Below are positions 10,006 through 18,673 of a stretch of 44,619 nucleotides of DNA, piece after piece (position 1 is the stretch's first letter; every line of letters begins with the position of its first letter). The position numbers and the translations under genes were made by a program. The stretch comes from an uncultured Janthinobacterium sp. (GTDB taxonomy: Bacteria; Vulcanimicrobiota; Vulcanimicrobiia; Vulcanimicrobiales; Vulcanimicrobiaceae). The notes beneath the pieces were generated by a model that made no database searches, was not told the DNA's origin, and saw only the letters and a list, made by a program, of their open reading frames with translations. The stretch spans positions 1 through 44,619 of the forward strand of contig CAZZXB010000006.1 of the NCBI GenBank assembly GCA_964658025.1. Reading direction: 5' to 3'.

Positions 10006-10389
10006 ATGAAACGCTGGACGCTCGCGACCGCACTCGTCGCCGTCATCCTCTTCGTCCTCGCGTGCAGTAACGAGTTCTACCGGCTCACGTCGCCGCCCGA
10101 ATTCTCGTGGCACGTCGTCCTGCGCAAGATCTACAGCATCGTCGCGTTCGCGCTCCTCGGATATCTCGCCGCGCGCGCGCAGCGCGAGCGCGGCAAGACG
10201 ACGCACGTCGGGCGCGATTGCACGAGCGGCGTCGCCGCCTACAGCGGCCTCATCGAGATCGCGCAATTCTTCGCGGGTTCGCAAGAGGGGCTCGCGTGGA
10301 ACGCGGTCGACGTCGTCTGCGGCGCGATCGGCGGCGCGCTCGGCGCGCGGATCGAGCGCGCGCTACGCGAGCGCGCGGTGCGGTCGTGA
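10006..10389 (+). CDS. Small membrane protein, VanZ-like
   Basis: ATG 10006 (MKRWTLATAL...); several hydrophobic helices, VLRK..IVAFALLG and IEIAQFF...G...D..CGAIG patterns typical of VanZ-like proteins. Confidence 0.6.
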   Translation: MKRWTLATALVAVILFVLACSNEFYRLTSPPEFSWHVVLRKIYSIVAFALLGYLAARAQRERGKTTHVGRDCTSGVAAYSGLIEIAQFFAGSQEGLAWNAVDVVCGAIGGALGARIERALRERAVRS

Positions 10390-10413
10390 GCCCGCGCCGG
10401 GCTCGGCCGCGCG

Positions 10414-13400
10414 CTACGCCGGCGCGAGCTCGCGATCGAGCATCGCGGCCGCGTTGAAGTACGTCGCCTGCGGATGGTGCATCACGATCGCGGCGGTCGA
10501 CTGCTCGGGGACGAGCTGGTGGGCTTCGGTGAGTTCGACGCCGATCGCCGCTTCGACGTCGAGTAACCTCCAGACGAGTTCGTGTTGCGAGAGATCGGGA
10601 CAGGCGCCGTAGCCCCACGAGTAGCGCTTGCCGCGTCCCGGCGCGAGGCCGAGTTCCGCGCGGACGCGCGCGTGTGTGTGCTCCGCGAGCGCTTCCGCCG
10701 ACTGCACGGAGAAGCCGTGCACGAAATAACTCTCGCTGTATTCGCCCGCCTTCTGAAGCGCGTCGATCCGTTCGGAGATCGCGCGCCCCATCGTGACGAC
10801 CTGTAACGCGATCACGTCCGTCGCGCCGTCGGCGCCCGGCTCGCGGAGATAATCCGCGAGGCAGAGCCGATCGCCGCCGACCTGACGCGTGAATCGGAAG
10901 CGCCCGATCTCCCGCGCACGATCGTTCGCATCGTAGACGATCACGTCGTCGCCGCTCCCGGCGGCCGGAAAGTATCCGTAGACCGCCGCGGGCGAGATCG
11001 TGCCGTCGCGCGTCGCTTCGGCACGATAGCGTTCCAGACGCGGACCGAATTCTTCGTCGACCATCTTCTTCCACGCGTCGCCCTTCGCGTTCGCGGCGCC
11101 CCACGAGAGCCGGTACAGGCTCTTGAGATCGAAGTGATCCCACAGTTCCGCGGGCGCGACGCGTTCCACGCGCGGACCGAAGAACGGCGCGACGGGCGAC
11201 GCGACGCGTTCGAGCCGCTCGCGCGCTCCCGCGCCGCGCGGGGCCGCGGGCTCGGCCGCCGGACGCCGCGCGAGATCGCGCGCGCGCTCGACTTCCGCGC
11301 GGATCTTGTCGACGTACGCGGCGCGTTTCGGCGCGCTCGACGTGAGCGCGTCCATGATCTCGAGTCCCTCGAAGGCGTCCTTCGCGTAGAAGACGCCGGG
11401 TTCGAAGAAGCGCTCGCCCGCGTCGAGTAACGAGATACGACGGCCGAAATCGCGATTGATCGCGGCGCCGCCGATCATGATCGGAAACGCGAGCGACCGC
11501 GCGTCCTGCTCCGCGACGCAGATCGGCATCTGCTTCGAGGTCGACACGAGTAACGCCGAGAGCCCGATCGCGTCGGCGCCGACTTCGACGGCCTTCTCGA
11601 GGATCGCGTTCATCGGCACCTGTTTGCCGAGATCGTGAACCGTGTAGCCGTTATTGGTCAGGATCGTGTTGACGAGATTCTTGCCGATGTCGTGGACGTC
11701 GCCGAAGACGGTCGCGAGCACGACCGTCCCCTTCGTCGTGCCCTCCGCCTTCTCCAAGAACTGTTCGAGATGCGCGACGGCCTTCTTCATCACTTCCGCC
11801 GATTGCAAGACGAAGGGCAGGATGAGTTCGCCCGCGCCGAACTTGTCGCCGACTTCTTTCATCGCGGGGAGCAACACGTCGTTGAGCGCGTCGACGGGAC
11901 CCATCCTCGCGAGGACGGCGTCGAGCTTCGCCTCGACGCCGTCCTTGCGACGGCGCAAGATCGCGTTGTGGACCCGCCGCTCGGGCGTCGCGTCCGCATC
12001 GTCGTCCACGACGACGGCGCTCGTCGACGCACCCGTCTCGGCCGATTCGAAATGTTCGATGACGCGCTGGAGCGCGTCCGCTCGGCGATTGAGCACGAGA
12101 TCGTCGCAAAGTTCGCGCTCGGCCGCGTCGATCTCGGCGTACGGCGTGATCTCTTTCGCGTGGACGAGCGCCATGTCGAGACCCGCCGCGACGCAGTGAT
12201 GCAGCATCACCGAGTTGAGCGCCGCGCGCGCCGCGGGTTTGAGGCCGAACGACACGTTCGAAACGCCGAGCGAGGTGAGGACGCCCGGGAGGCGTTCCTT
12301 GATCTTGCGGATCCCCTCGATCGTTTCGACCGCGGACGGGAAGAACTCCGGATCGCCCGTCGCGAGCGTGAACGTGAGCGCGTCGAAGATCAGCGCGCCG
12401 GGCGGGATGCCGTATTCGCCGACCACCATCTCGTAGATCCGCTCGGCGACCGCGACCTTGCGATCGGCGGTTTTCGCCATGCCCGCTTCGTCGATCGTGA
12501 GCGCGACGATCGCCGCGCCGCTCTCCTTGACGAGCGGGAGCACGCGATCGAGTTTCTCGCGACCGTTCTCGAGGTTGACGGAGTTGACGATCGCGCGACC
12601 GGCGTACGTTTTGAGCGCCGCTTCGATCACGCCGGGCTCCGTGGAGTCGATCATGAGCGGCGTCTCGACCGATTGCGCGAGGCGCTTCACGATCGTCGCC
12701 ATCTGCACGTCCTCGTCGGTCCGTTCGGTGAGCGCCGTGCAGATGTCGAGGACGTGTGCGCCGCCTTCGACCTGCTCGCGCGCGACGAGCGTGATGTCGT
12801 CGTAGGCGTCGGCGAGTAAGAGCCGCTTGATCTTACGCGAGCCCTGCGAGTTGATCCGCTCGCCGACGAGTAACGGCGAGCCGTCCTGCTTGAGCGCCGT
12901 CGCCGTCATCGCCGACGCGGCGAACTGTAAGGGCTTCGCTTCGGGGACGCGGCCGCGCGCGCCGCGCACGGCGTCGGCGAACGCCGCGACGTGCGCGGGC
13001 GTCGTGCCGCAACAGCCGCCGATCGCGTTCACGCCGAACTCCCGCACGAACGCGGCGAGCTCGCGCGACATCTCCGCGGGTTGCTCGGGATAGATCGTCT
13101 CGCCCTTGGGACCCATGAGCGGGAGTCCGGCGTTGGGGATCACCGACACGAAGCAGCGCGAGTTCTCGACTAAATAGCGGACGGCGTCGCGCATGTGCGT
13201 CGGACCCGTCGAGCAGTTCAGACCGATGACGTCGATGTCGAGCGCGTCGAGCGTCGCCGTCACCGCGCGGATGTCGGTCCCGAGTAACATCCGCCCGGTG
13301 ACGTCGAGCGTTGCCTGTGCCTGGATCGGTACGCGACGCAGCCCCTTCGCGAACTCGCGCGTGATGCCGGCGATCGCGGCCTTCATCTCGAGCAGATCCT

Positions 13401-13899
13401 GACTCGTCTCGAGTAAGAGCAGATCGACGCCGCCCTCCACGAGATGTCGCGCCTGCTCGCCGTAGAGATCCGCGAGCTCGTCGAACGTGATCTTCGAGAG
13501 CATCGGATCCGAGGACGAGACGAGCATGCCGGTCGGCCCGAGCGCGCCCGCGACGAAGCGCGGACGTTCGTCCGTGGACGCGGCGTCGCAAGCCTCGCGC
13601 GCGATCTCGGCGGCGCGACGGTTGACCTCGGCCGTCCGGGCGCCGAGGCCGTACTCGTCGAGCTTCAGGCGCGAGGCCGTGAACGAATCCGTCTCGACGA
13701 CGTCGGCACCGGCCGCGAGGTACGCGTCGTGGATCTCGCGGATGACGTCGGGCCGCGAGAGCACAAGCGCCTCGTTGCACCCGTGATGGCGCGCGCCGCC
13801 GAAATCGTCGTCGGTGAGATTGCGGTCCATGAGCTCCGTGCCCATCGCGCCGTCGAATACGAGAACGCGCTCGGCGAGCGCTTCCAGATACGTCTGCAT
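10414..13899 (-). CDS. metH: Cobalamin-dependent methionine synthase
   Basis: FDGAMGT, GLNCSTGP, GGCCGT (Zn), VGERIN pterin domain, GDVHDIGKNLV B12-binding motif, C-terminal RYSWGYGACPD and PEQSTAA. Confidence 0.97.
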   Translation of the reverse strand: MQTYLEALAERVLVFDGAMGTELMDRNLTDDDFGGARHHGCNEALVLSRPDVIREIHDAYLAAGADVVETDSFTASRLKLDEYGLGARTAEVNRRAAEIAREACDAASTDERPRFVAGALGPTGMLVSSSDPMLSKITFDELADLYGEQARHLVEGGVDLLLLETSQDLLEMKAAIAGITREFAKGLRRVPIQAQATLDVTGRMLLGTDIRAVTATLDALDIDVIGLNCSTGPTHMRDAVRYLVENSRCFVSVIPNAGLPLMGPKGETIYPEQPAEMSRELAAFVREFGVNAIGGCCGTTPAHVAAFADAVRGARGRVPEAKPLQFAASAMTATALKQDGSPLLVGERINSQGSRKIKRLLLADAYDDITLVAREQVEGGAHVLDICTALTERTDEDVQMATIVKRLAQSVETPLMIDSTEPGVIEAALKTYAGRAIVNSVNLENGREKLDRVLPLVKESGAAIVALTIDEAGMAKTADRKVAVAERIYEMVVGEYGIPPGALIFDALTFTLATGDPEFFPSAVETIEGIRKIKERLPGVLTSLGVSNVSFGLKPAARAALNSVMLHHCVAAGLDMALVHAKEITPYAEIDAAERELCDDLVLNRRADALQRVIEHFESAETGASTSAVVVDDDADATPERRVHNAILRRRKDGVEAKLDAVLARMGPVDALNDVLLPAMKEVGDKFGAGELILPFVLQSAEVMKKAVAHLEQFLEKAEGTTKGTVVLATVFGDVHDIGKNLVNTILTNNGYTVHDLGKQVPMNAILEKAVEVGADAIGLSALLVSTSKQMPICVAEQDARSLAFPIMIGGAAINRDFGRRISLLDAGERFFEPGVFYAKDAFEGLEIMDALTSSAPKRAAYVDKIRAEVERARDLARRPAAEPAAPRGAGARERLERVASPVAPFFGPRVERVAPAELWDHFDLKSLYRLSWGAANAKGDAWKKMVDEEFGPRLERYRAEATRDGTISPAAVYGYFPAAGSGDDVIVYDANDRAREIGRFRFTRQVGGDRLCLADYLREPGADGATDVIALQVVTMGRAISERIDALQKAGEYSESYFVHGFSVQSAEALAEHTHARVRAELGLAPGRGKRYSWGYGACPDLSQHELVWRLLDVEAAIGVELTEAHQLVPEQSTAAIVMHHPQATYFNAAAMLDRELAPA

Positions 13900-13942
13900 C
13901 AGGGACCTTCTTCCACGAAGGCCGACCGTTCTTTGCCGGATT

Positions 13943-13980
13943 ATTGTCGAAATCCTGAAAATGATGGCGGATTCGACAAT
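13943..13980. promoter_or_regulatory. Imperfect inverted repeat (putative operator or hairpin) between divergent metH and the Fic-like gene
   Basis: ATTGTCGAAATCC-N13-GGATTCGACAAT, 12 bp arms with one extra A in the left arm, in an AT-richer intergenic region directly before GGGGAGGT. Confidence 0.6.
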
Positions 13981-14027
13981 GGGGAGGTGACCATGACCGC
14001 ACGGAAGCGGTTCGAAGGTGGCGCCGC

Positions 14028-14945
14028 TTGGGTCGCCCGCGAGATGGCGCGCGCGGGCGTCGCCAGGCGCTCCGCGGCGATCTCGGCCGCGAACTCGCCC
14101 GCGACGAGGCGCGCGGTTCGCTCGGCGTTTCGGGATTCGCGCTCGACCGCGACGCGATCCGCAGCCTCGCGACCGGGCTCGCGCCGGGCGGTCTCGCGCT
14201 CGACGTCTGCAACGCCGCCGCCGACTATCTCGCGGCCGCCCGCTACGTGCGCGCCGCCGCGCCGGCCCGCGGCCAAAGGCCGTTTCTCGCGGTCGACGAG
14301 ATCGTGGCGATCCACGCCCTGCTCGTGCGGCGCACGCTCGCGAACGCGTCGTCGACGTGGCGCGCGACGGCGAGCGCTCCGCTCGCTTCGGGCGTCGTCC
14401 CGCCCGCGCCGTGGCTCGTCGCGCGCGACGTCGACGCGCTCGTCGAACGGATCCGATCGGGTCCCGGCGATCGCGAGCCCTACGCGTGGGCCGCGGGCGT
14501 GCACGAACGGCTCGGCCGCATCCGCCCCTTCGCGATCGCGAACGGGCGCACGACGCGCCTCGTCACGAACCTGCTCCTCCAGCGACTCGGGTTACCGCAC
14601 CTCGTCCTGCGCGATCGCGACCGCGAACCGTACGCGCGGGCGCTCGTCCGGGCGGCGTCGGGCGAGGTGTGGCCGCTCGCACAATTCCTCGTCGCGAACG
14701 CCCGCGCCACGGTGCGCTTCGTCGCGGAACGTGCCGTGCGCGAGGTACCGGACCTGATGCCGCTCGCACGTATCGCCGATACCCGGCAGAGAAACGCACT
14801 CTACAAGGCCGCCGAGCGCGGACGCCTGCGCGTCGTGCGCGACGGGGCGCGGATCCTGACGACCGAGCCCTGGATCCGAACGTATCTCGCGGAGCGCGAG
14901 CCCGCCGGGCGACGTCCGGTCTCGCCGCCGAAAACCGATTCGTAA
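14028..14945 (+). CDS. Fic-domain protein with degenerate catalytic motif and C-terminal HTH-like tail; start uncertain, possibly frameshifted from ATG 13993
   Basis: IVAIHALL, RIRPFAIANGRTTRLVTNLLL (Fic HPFxxGNGRxxR with H replaced by R), YARAL..A..G, C-terminal LYKAAERGRL...WIRTYL. Confidence 0.75.
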   Translation: MGRPRDGARGRRQALRGDLGRELARDEARGSLGVSGFALDRDAIRSLATGLAPGGLALDVCNAAADYLAAARYVRAAAPARGQRPFLAVDEIVAIHALLVRRTLANASSTWRATASAPLASGVVPPAPWLVARDVDALVERIRSGPGDREPYAWAAGVHERLGRIRPFAIANGRTTRLVTNLLLQRLGLPHLVLRDRDREPYARALVRAASGEVWPLAQFLVANARATVRFVAERAVREVPDLMPLARIADTRQRNALYKAAERGRLRVVRDGARILTTEPWIRTYLAEREPAGRRPVSPPKTDS

Positions 14946-15011
14946 CTTTACTTTCGTGACGGAAACCGGGTGAGTTTCCGCCTCGCCACTGCCGAAAGAA
15001 CACACGTGATC

Positions 15012-15551
15012 ATGTCGCGACTTGCTTCGCCCGCGCCCGGCGTCCGTGCCGTCGGCTCCCCGGAAATGTACGACGGCGCGCGCCATCGCGCGCTCCCGGA
15101 ATGCTTCGTCGTCGATCGCGAACTCGCGGTCCTCATGGCGACGACGGTCTCCGTGCAATCGGGCGAACTGCCCCCCGCGATCGCCGAGATGGTGAGCGCG
15201 CTCGTCGCCTCGGCGAACGGCGACCTCACGACGCTCTCCGGTTCCGAGATCGTCGACGGCAAACTCGTCCGCGTCGCGCCGATGACGGGGCCCAACGGCG
15301 CCTGCCTCGGCGTCTTCGTCGAAACGCTCCGCGGCCGCGACGCCGTCGCGAGCGCGATCGAGCGTTACGGCCTCAGCAACCGCGAAGCCGACGTGATGAA
15401 CTGCCTCTCGTTCGGCGAACGAACGAAGGGGATCGCGAAGTCGCTCGGCATCTCCGAAGCCACCGTGAGCGATCACGTGAAGAGCATCATGGCGAAGATG
15501 AACTGCCACAGCCGCACGCAGCTCCTGGCTCGGGTCTTCGGCCCGTCATAA
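15012..15551 (+). CDS. LuxR-family HTH transcriptional regulator without a receiver domain
   Basis: YGLSNREADVMNCLSFGERTKGIAKSLGISEATVSDHVKSIMAKMNCHSRTQL is a LuxR/GerE HTH. Start ambiguous (14970, 15006, 15012 or 15066). Confidence 0.88.
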   Translation: MSRLASPAPGVRAVGSPEMYDGARHRALPECFVVDRELAVLMATTVSVQSGELPPAIAEMVSALVASANGDLTTLSGSEIVDGKLVRVAPMTGPNGACLGVFVETLRGRDAVASAIERYGLSNREADVMNCLSFGERTKGIAKSLGISEATVSDHVKSIMAKMNCHSRTQLLARVFGPS

Positions 15552-15575
15552 CCGCCCCATCACGCAACGTCAAAC

Positions 15576-15610
15576 GGGGGGAGCCGCAAACGCGGCCTCC
15601 CCTTTTTTAT
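15576..15610 (+). terminator. Intrinsic terminator after the LuxR gene
   Basis: GGGGAGCCGC-AAAC-GCGG(C)CTCCCC stem followed by TTTTTTAT. Confidence 0.85.
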
Positions 15611-15668
15611 TCGCGTTTCGTCTATGGCGCCTCGGCCCACCCGTCCGGGGCGCGCTACGGTTCGCACA

Positions 15669-15703
15669 AGGGGATGCATAGGGGATGCGGTATCCAATAA
15701 TGA
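15669..15703 (+). promoter_or_regulatory. Tandem direct repeat and AT-rich -10-like region upstream of the PQQ dehydrogenase
   Basis: AGGGGATGC at 15669 and 15680 (11 bp period), followed by GGTATCCAATAATGA. Confidence 0.55.
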
Positions 15704-15725
15704 TTCCGATGTTCTGAGGGTGCCC

Positions 15726-17360
15726 ATGAAAAAGAAATCCACCATCTGGGGCTTTTCGCTGTTGGCGCTGAGTCTCGTCGCCGTCACCCTGCCTCCCGCG
15801 CACGCGCGGGCCGCCGATACCTCCGCCGGTCCGAGCGCCGAGTCGCTTTCGAGCGCCGCGACCGACACGTCGGCGTGGATCCTGCCCGGGCACGATTACA
15901 GCGCGAATCGCTACGTCGAGATGAGTCAGATCTCGAAGTCGAACGTGACGGGGCTCAAGCGCTCGTGGCGTTTCAAGATTCCCGACGACAGTCCGATCGA
16001 GGCGCAACCGATCGTCTGGAACGGGACGATCTACGTCACCTCCGCGCACGACCACGTCTACGCGCTCGACGCGAAAACCGGCGCGCAGAAGTGGACGTTC
16101 AGCGACAACCCGCACGTCATCGCCTTCGCGGCGAATCGCGGCGTCGCGATCCTCGGAGGGAAACTCTTCCTCGGGACGCTGGACGGCCACCTGATCTCGC
16201 TCGACGCGACGACGGGCAAGAAAGTGTGGGATGTCGTCGGCGTTCACGACACGACGAATTCGTTCTACACGATGCAGCCCGTCATCTATAAGAACATGTT
16301 GCTCATGGGCGTCTCCAACGGCGATTGGGGTGGCCTCGGTTACATCACCGCGTTCAATCCGAGCAACGGTTCGCGCATCTGGGAATGGAAGACCGTTCCG
16401 GGTCCGGGCGAAGCGGGACACGAGACGTGGGCCGGCGATTCGTGGAAGCGCGGCGGTGCCGCGGTGTGGAGCGGTCTCGCGATCGATCCGAAAACCGACA
16501 CGATGTACGCCGACCTCGGCAACCCGCAACCCGACTTCTTCGGAGACGCGCGCAAGGGCAAGAATCTCTACTCGAACTCGATGGTCGCGCTCGACATCTC
16601 GGGCGCCAAACCGAAGGTGAAGTGGTTCTACCAGTTCATCCCGCACGATACGCACGATTGGGATCCGGCGATGCCGCCCGTGCGCTTCACGGGAAAGGTC
16701 GCCGGAGAGTCGCGCGAACTCGTCGCGGCGGGCGATAAGGGCGGCAATTTCTGGATCCTCGACGCGACCGACGGCAAGCTCGTCGATCACGTCGCCGTGA
16801 GCACGCAGAAGGGCCAGGACAGCGCGCCCGATCCGAAAGGCAATCTCGCCTGCCCGAACACGAACGGCGGTGTGGAATACAACGGCGGCTCGTACGATCC
16901 GCAGACGAACGTCTTCTACGTCCCGAGCGTCGACGAATGCGGCATCTGGAAGAAGCTGCCGACCGCGACGTACATCGGCGGCCAGTTCTATCTCGGCGGC
17001 ACCTTTCCGAAACTCTCCGGTCCGAACACCGGCTGGATGAACGCCGTCGACGTCTCGACGGGGAAATTCGTCTGGCGTAAAAAGCAATCGCTCCCCGCGG
17101 TCGGCGGCGCGCTCGTCACCTCGACCGGGCTCGTCTTCTCCGGCATGACGTCGGGCGATTTCGTCGCCTTCGACGCCGCCTCGGGGAGCGAACTCTGGAA
17201 AGACGCGACGGGATCGCCGATCCTCGCGCCGCCGGCATCGTACATGTTCGACGGAAAGCAGTACGTCGCCGTCGCGTCGGGACAGGCCGGAAATCAGCTC
17301 GTTCCGGAGATGCCGCAGACGAGCAAGAACGGCTCGTTCCTCACCGTCTACGCGCTGTGA
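15726..17360 (+). CDS. Secreted PQQ-dependent dehydrogenase (alcohol/methanol dehydrogenase-like beta-propeller)
   Basis: Signal peptide MKKKSTIW...AHARA; repeated tryptophan-docking motifs (ALDAKTGAQKW, LDATTGKKVW, AVDVSTGKFVW, AFDAASGSELW), GGAAVW, GNP, PHDTHDWD, Y..DGKQYVAV. RBS GAGGG before ATG 15726. Confidence 0.92.
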   Translation: MKKKSTIWGFSLLALSLVAVTLPPAHARAADTSAGPSAESLSSAATDTSAWILPGHDYSANRYVEMSQISKSNVTGLKRSWRFKIPDDSPIEAQPIVWNGTIYVTSAHDHVYALDAKTGAQKWTFSDNPHVIAFAANRGVAILGGKLFLGTLDGHLISLDATTGKKVWDVVGVHDTTNSFYTMQPVIYKNMLLMGVSNGDWGGLGYITAFNPSNGSRIWEWKTVPGPGEAGHETWAGDSWKRGGAAVWSGLAIDPKTDTMYADLGNPQPDFFGDARKGKNLYSNSMVALDISGAKPKVKWFYQFIPHDTHDWDPAMPPVRFTGKVAGESRELVAAGDKGGNFWILDATDGKLVDHVAVSTQKGQDSAPDPKGNLACPNTNGGVEYNGGSYDPQTNVFYVPSVDECGIWKKLPTATYIGGQFYLGGTFPKLSGPNTGWMNAVDVSTGKFVWRKKQSLPAVGGALVTSTGLVFSGMTSGDFVAFDAASGSELWKDATGSPILAPPASYMFDGKQYVAVASGQAGNQLVPEMPQTSKNGSFLTVYAL

Positions 17361-18673
17361 GGAACGTTCGCAGAGCCGGATCCTTCGCACTCACGGTGGT
17401 CGCGAGCACGTTGCTCGCGACCACCGCTTCGCGGGCCGCCGCGCCGGACGACCGCGCGCTCGCCCGTGCCGCGCTTGCCGACATCCGCTCGACGATCGCC
17501 GATATCGTCCGGATCGAAAACGGCTCGGCGATCGGTCACGCGACGTACGTCGCGGCGGCGGAACGCGCGCGCAACGGCCTCGTCGGTCGCGACGATCGCG
17601 AGTACGTCGCTTCGGCGGGGAGCTCGAGCGACGCGGTCGGCGCGATCGCGCACCTCGACGCGCTGCTCGATCGTAAGGATGCCTCCGTCTGGACGCCCGC
17701 GATGCAGGGCGCGAAGATCAATCTGCTCGCGGCCGCGCAGAGCTTGAGCGACGCGCTCGGCGAAAAACAGATGGAAGACTACGAGACCGATCTCACGACC
17801 GCACTCTCGAGCCTCTCGCTCGCGATCGGTCGTCCCGGCGATTCGGGCGTGCTCGGCGGCATCCAAGGTGCCCTCGCGAAAACGACGCTCGGCATGCCGC
17901 CGAACGCGACGGTCGTGGCCGGTTGCGCTAACCCGGCGAGCGCTCCGGCATACGGCGTCGCGGACGGCAACCTGATCTTCGTCAGCGTCGCGCGCGGCGG
18001 ACGCGAGATCGTCGTCCCGCCCGAGGTCTTGGTCGACCATCTCCGGATCGATCCGAAAGCCGTCGTCCTCTTCACGCGTCCGCAGAACGACATCGCGCGC
18101 GTCTGCGCCGCCGCGTTCCGCGCCGCGCACCGCGACCACCCGGTGACGCTGCGCCCGATGCCCGCGCACGCGCGTGCGGCGAACGTTCCGCTCGCCCGCT
18201 TCGCATCGCTGACGACGATCGTCGCCGACGACGCGTCGGCCGAGACGCGCGTCGCGGTCGCACCGCCCGCGACGGGTACCGCGGCCTCGGGGTACACGAC
18301 GGCTCAGGCACGCGCGGGCTCGCTCGTCTACGCGAAAGCGTGCATCTCGTGTCACGGCGCGAATCTGCAAGGCGTCGCCGGACCGGCGGTCGCGGGCAAA
18401 GCCTTCCTCGCCTCGGTGAAAAGCAATAAGTGGACCTACGCCGACTTCCGAAATCTCGTCGTGCAACAGATGCCGCTCAATAATCCCGGCTCGCTGACGC
18501 CGACGCAGTACGCGAGCGTGCTCGCGTTCCTCCTCGCGGAGAACTGTTTCCCCGCTTCGAAAAAGCCGTTCCCCGAAAACGACGCGCCCGCGCTCGCGAA
18601 AACGAAGCTGGTCGCGCCGACCGCTCCGGTCCATCCGACCGATGCGGCGCTCGGCACGTGCGCGGTCCGCTAA
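17357..18673 (+). CDS. Secreted protein with C-terminal monoheme cytochrome c domain and an unrecognised N-terminal region
   Basis: GTGA overlap with the dehydrogenase stop; signal-like N terminus; YTTAQARAG..VYAKACISCHGANLQG (CxxCH) and QQMP axial Met. Confidence 0.85.
   Translation: MRNVRRAGSFALTVVASTLLATTASRAAAPDDRALARAALADIRSTIADIVRIENGSAIGHATYVAAAERARNGLVGRDDREYVASAGSSSDAVGAIAHLDALLDRKDASVWTPAMQGAKINLLAAAQSLSDALGEKQMEDYETDLTTALSSLSLAIGRPGDSGVLGGIQGALAKTTLGMPPNATVVAGCANPASAPAYGVADGNLIFVSVARGGREIVVPPEVLVDHLRIDPKAVVLFTRPQNDIARVCAAAFRAAHRDHPVTLRPMPAHARAANVPLARFASLTTIVADDASAETRVAVAPPATGTAASGYTTAQARAGSLVYAKACISCHGANLQGVAGPAVAGKAFLASVKSNKWTYADFRNLVVQQMPLNNPGSLTPTQYASVLAFLLAENCFPASKKPFPENDAPALAKTKLVAPTAPVHPTDAALGTCAVR

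Noticed and set aside
13900..13992. SAM or cobalamin riboswitch upstream of metH
   Set aside because: The region is only about 90 bp, is shared with a divergent gene, and shows no recognisable conserved riboswitch core.
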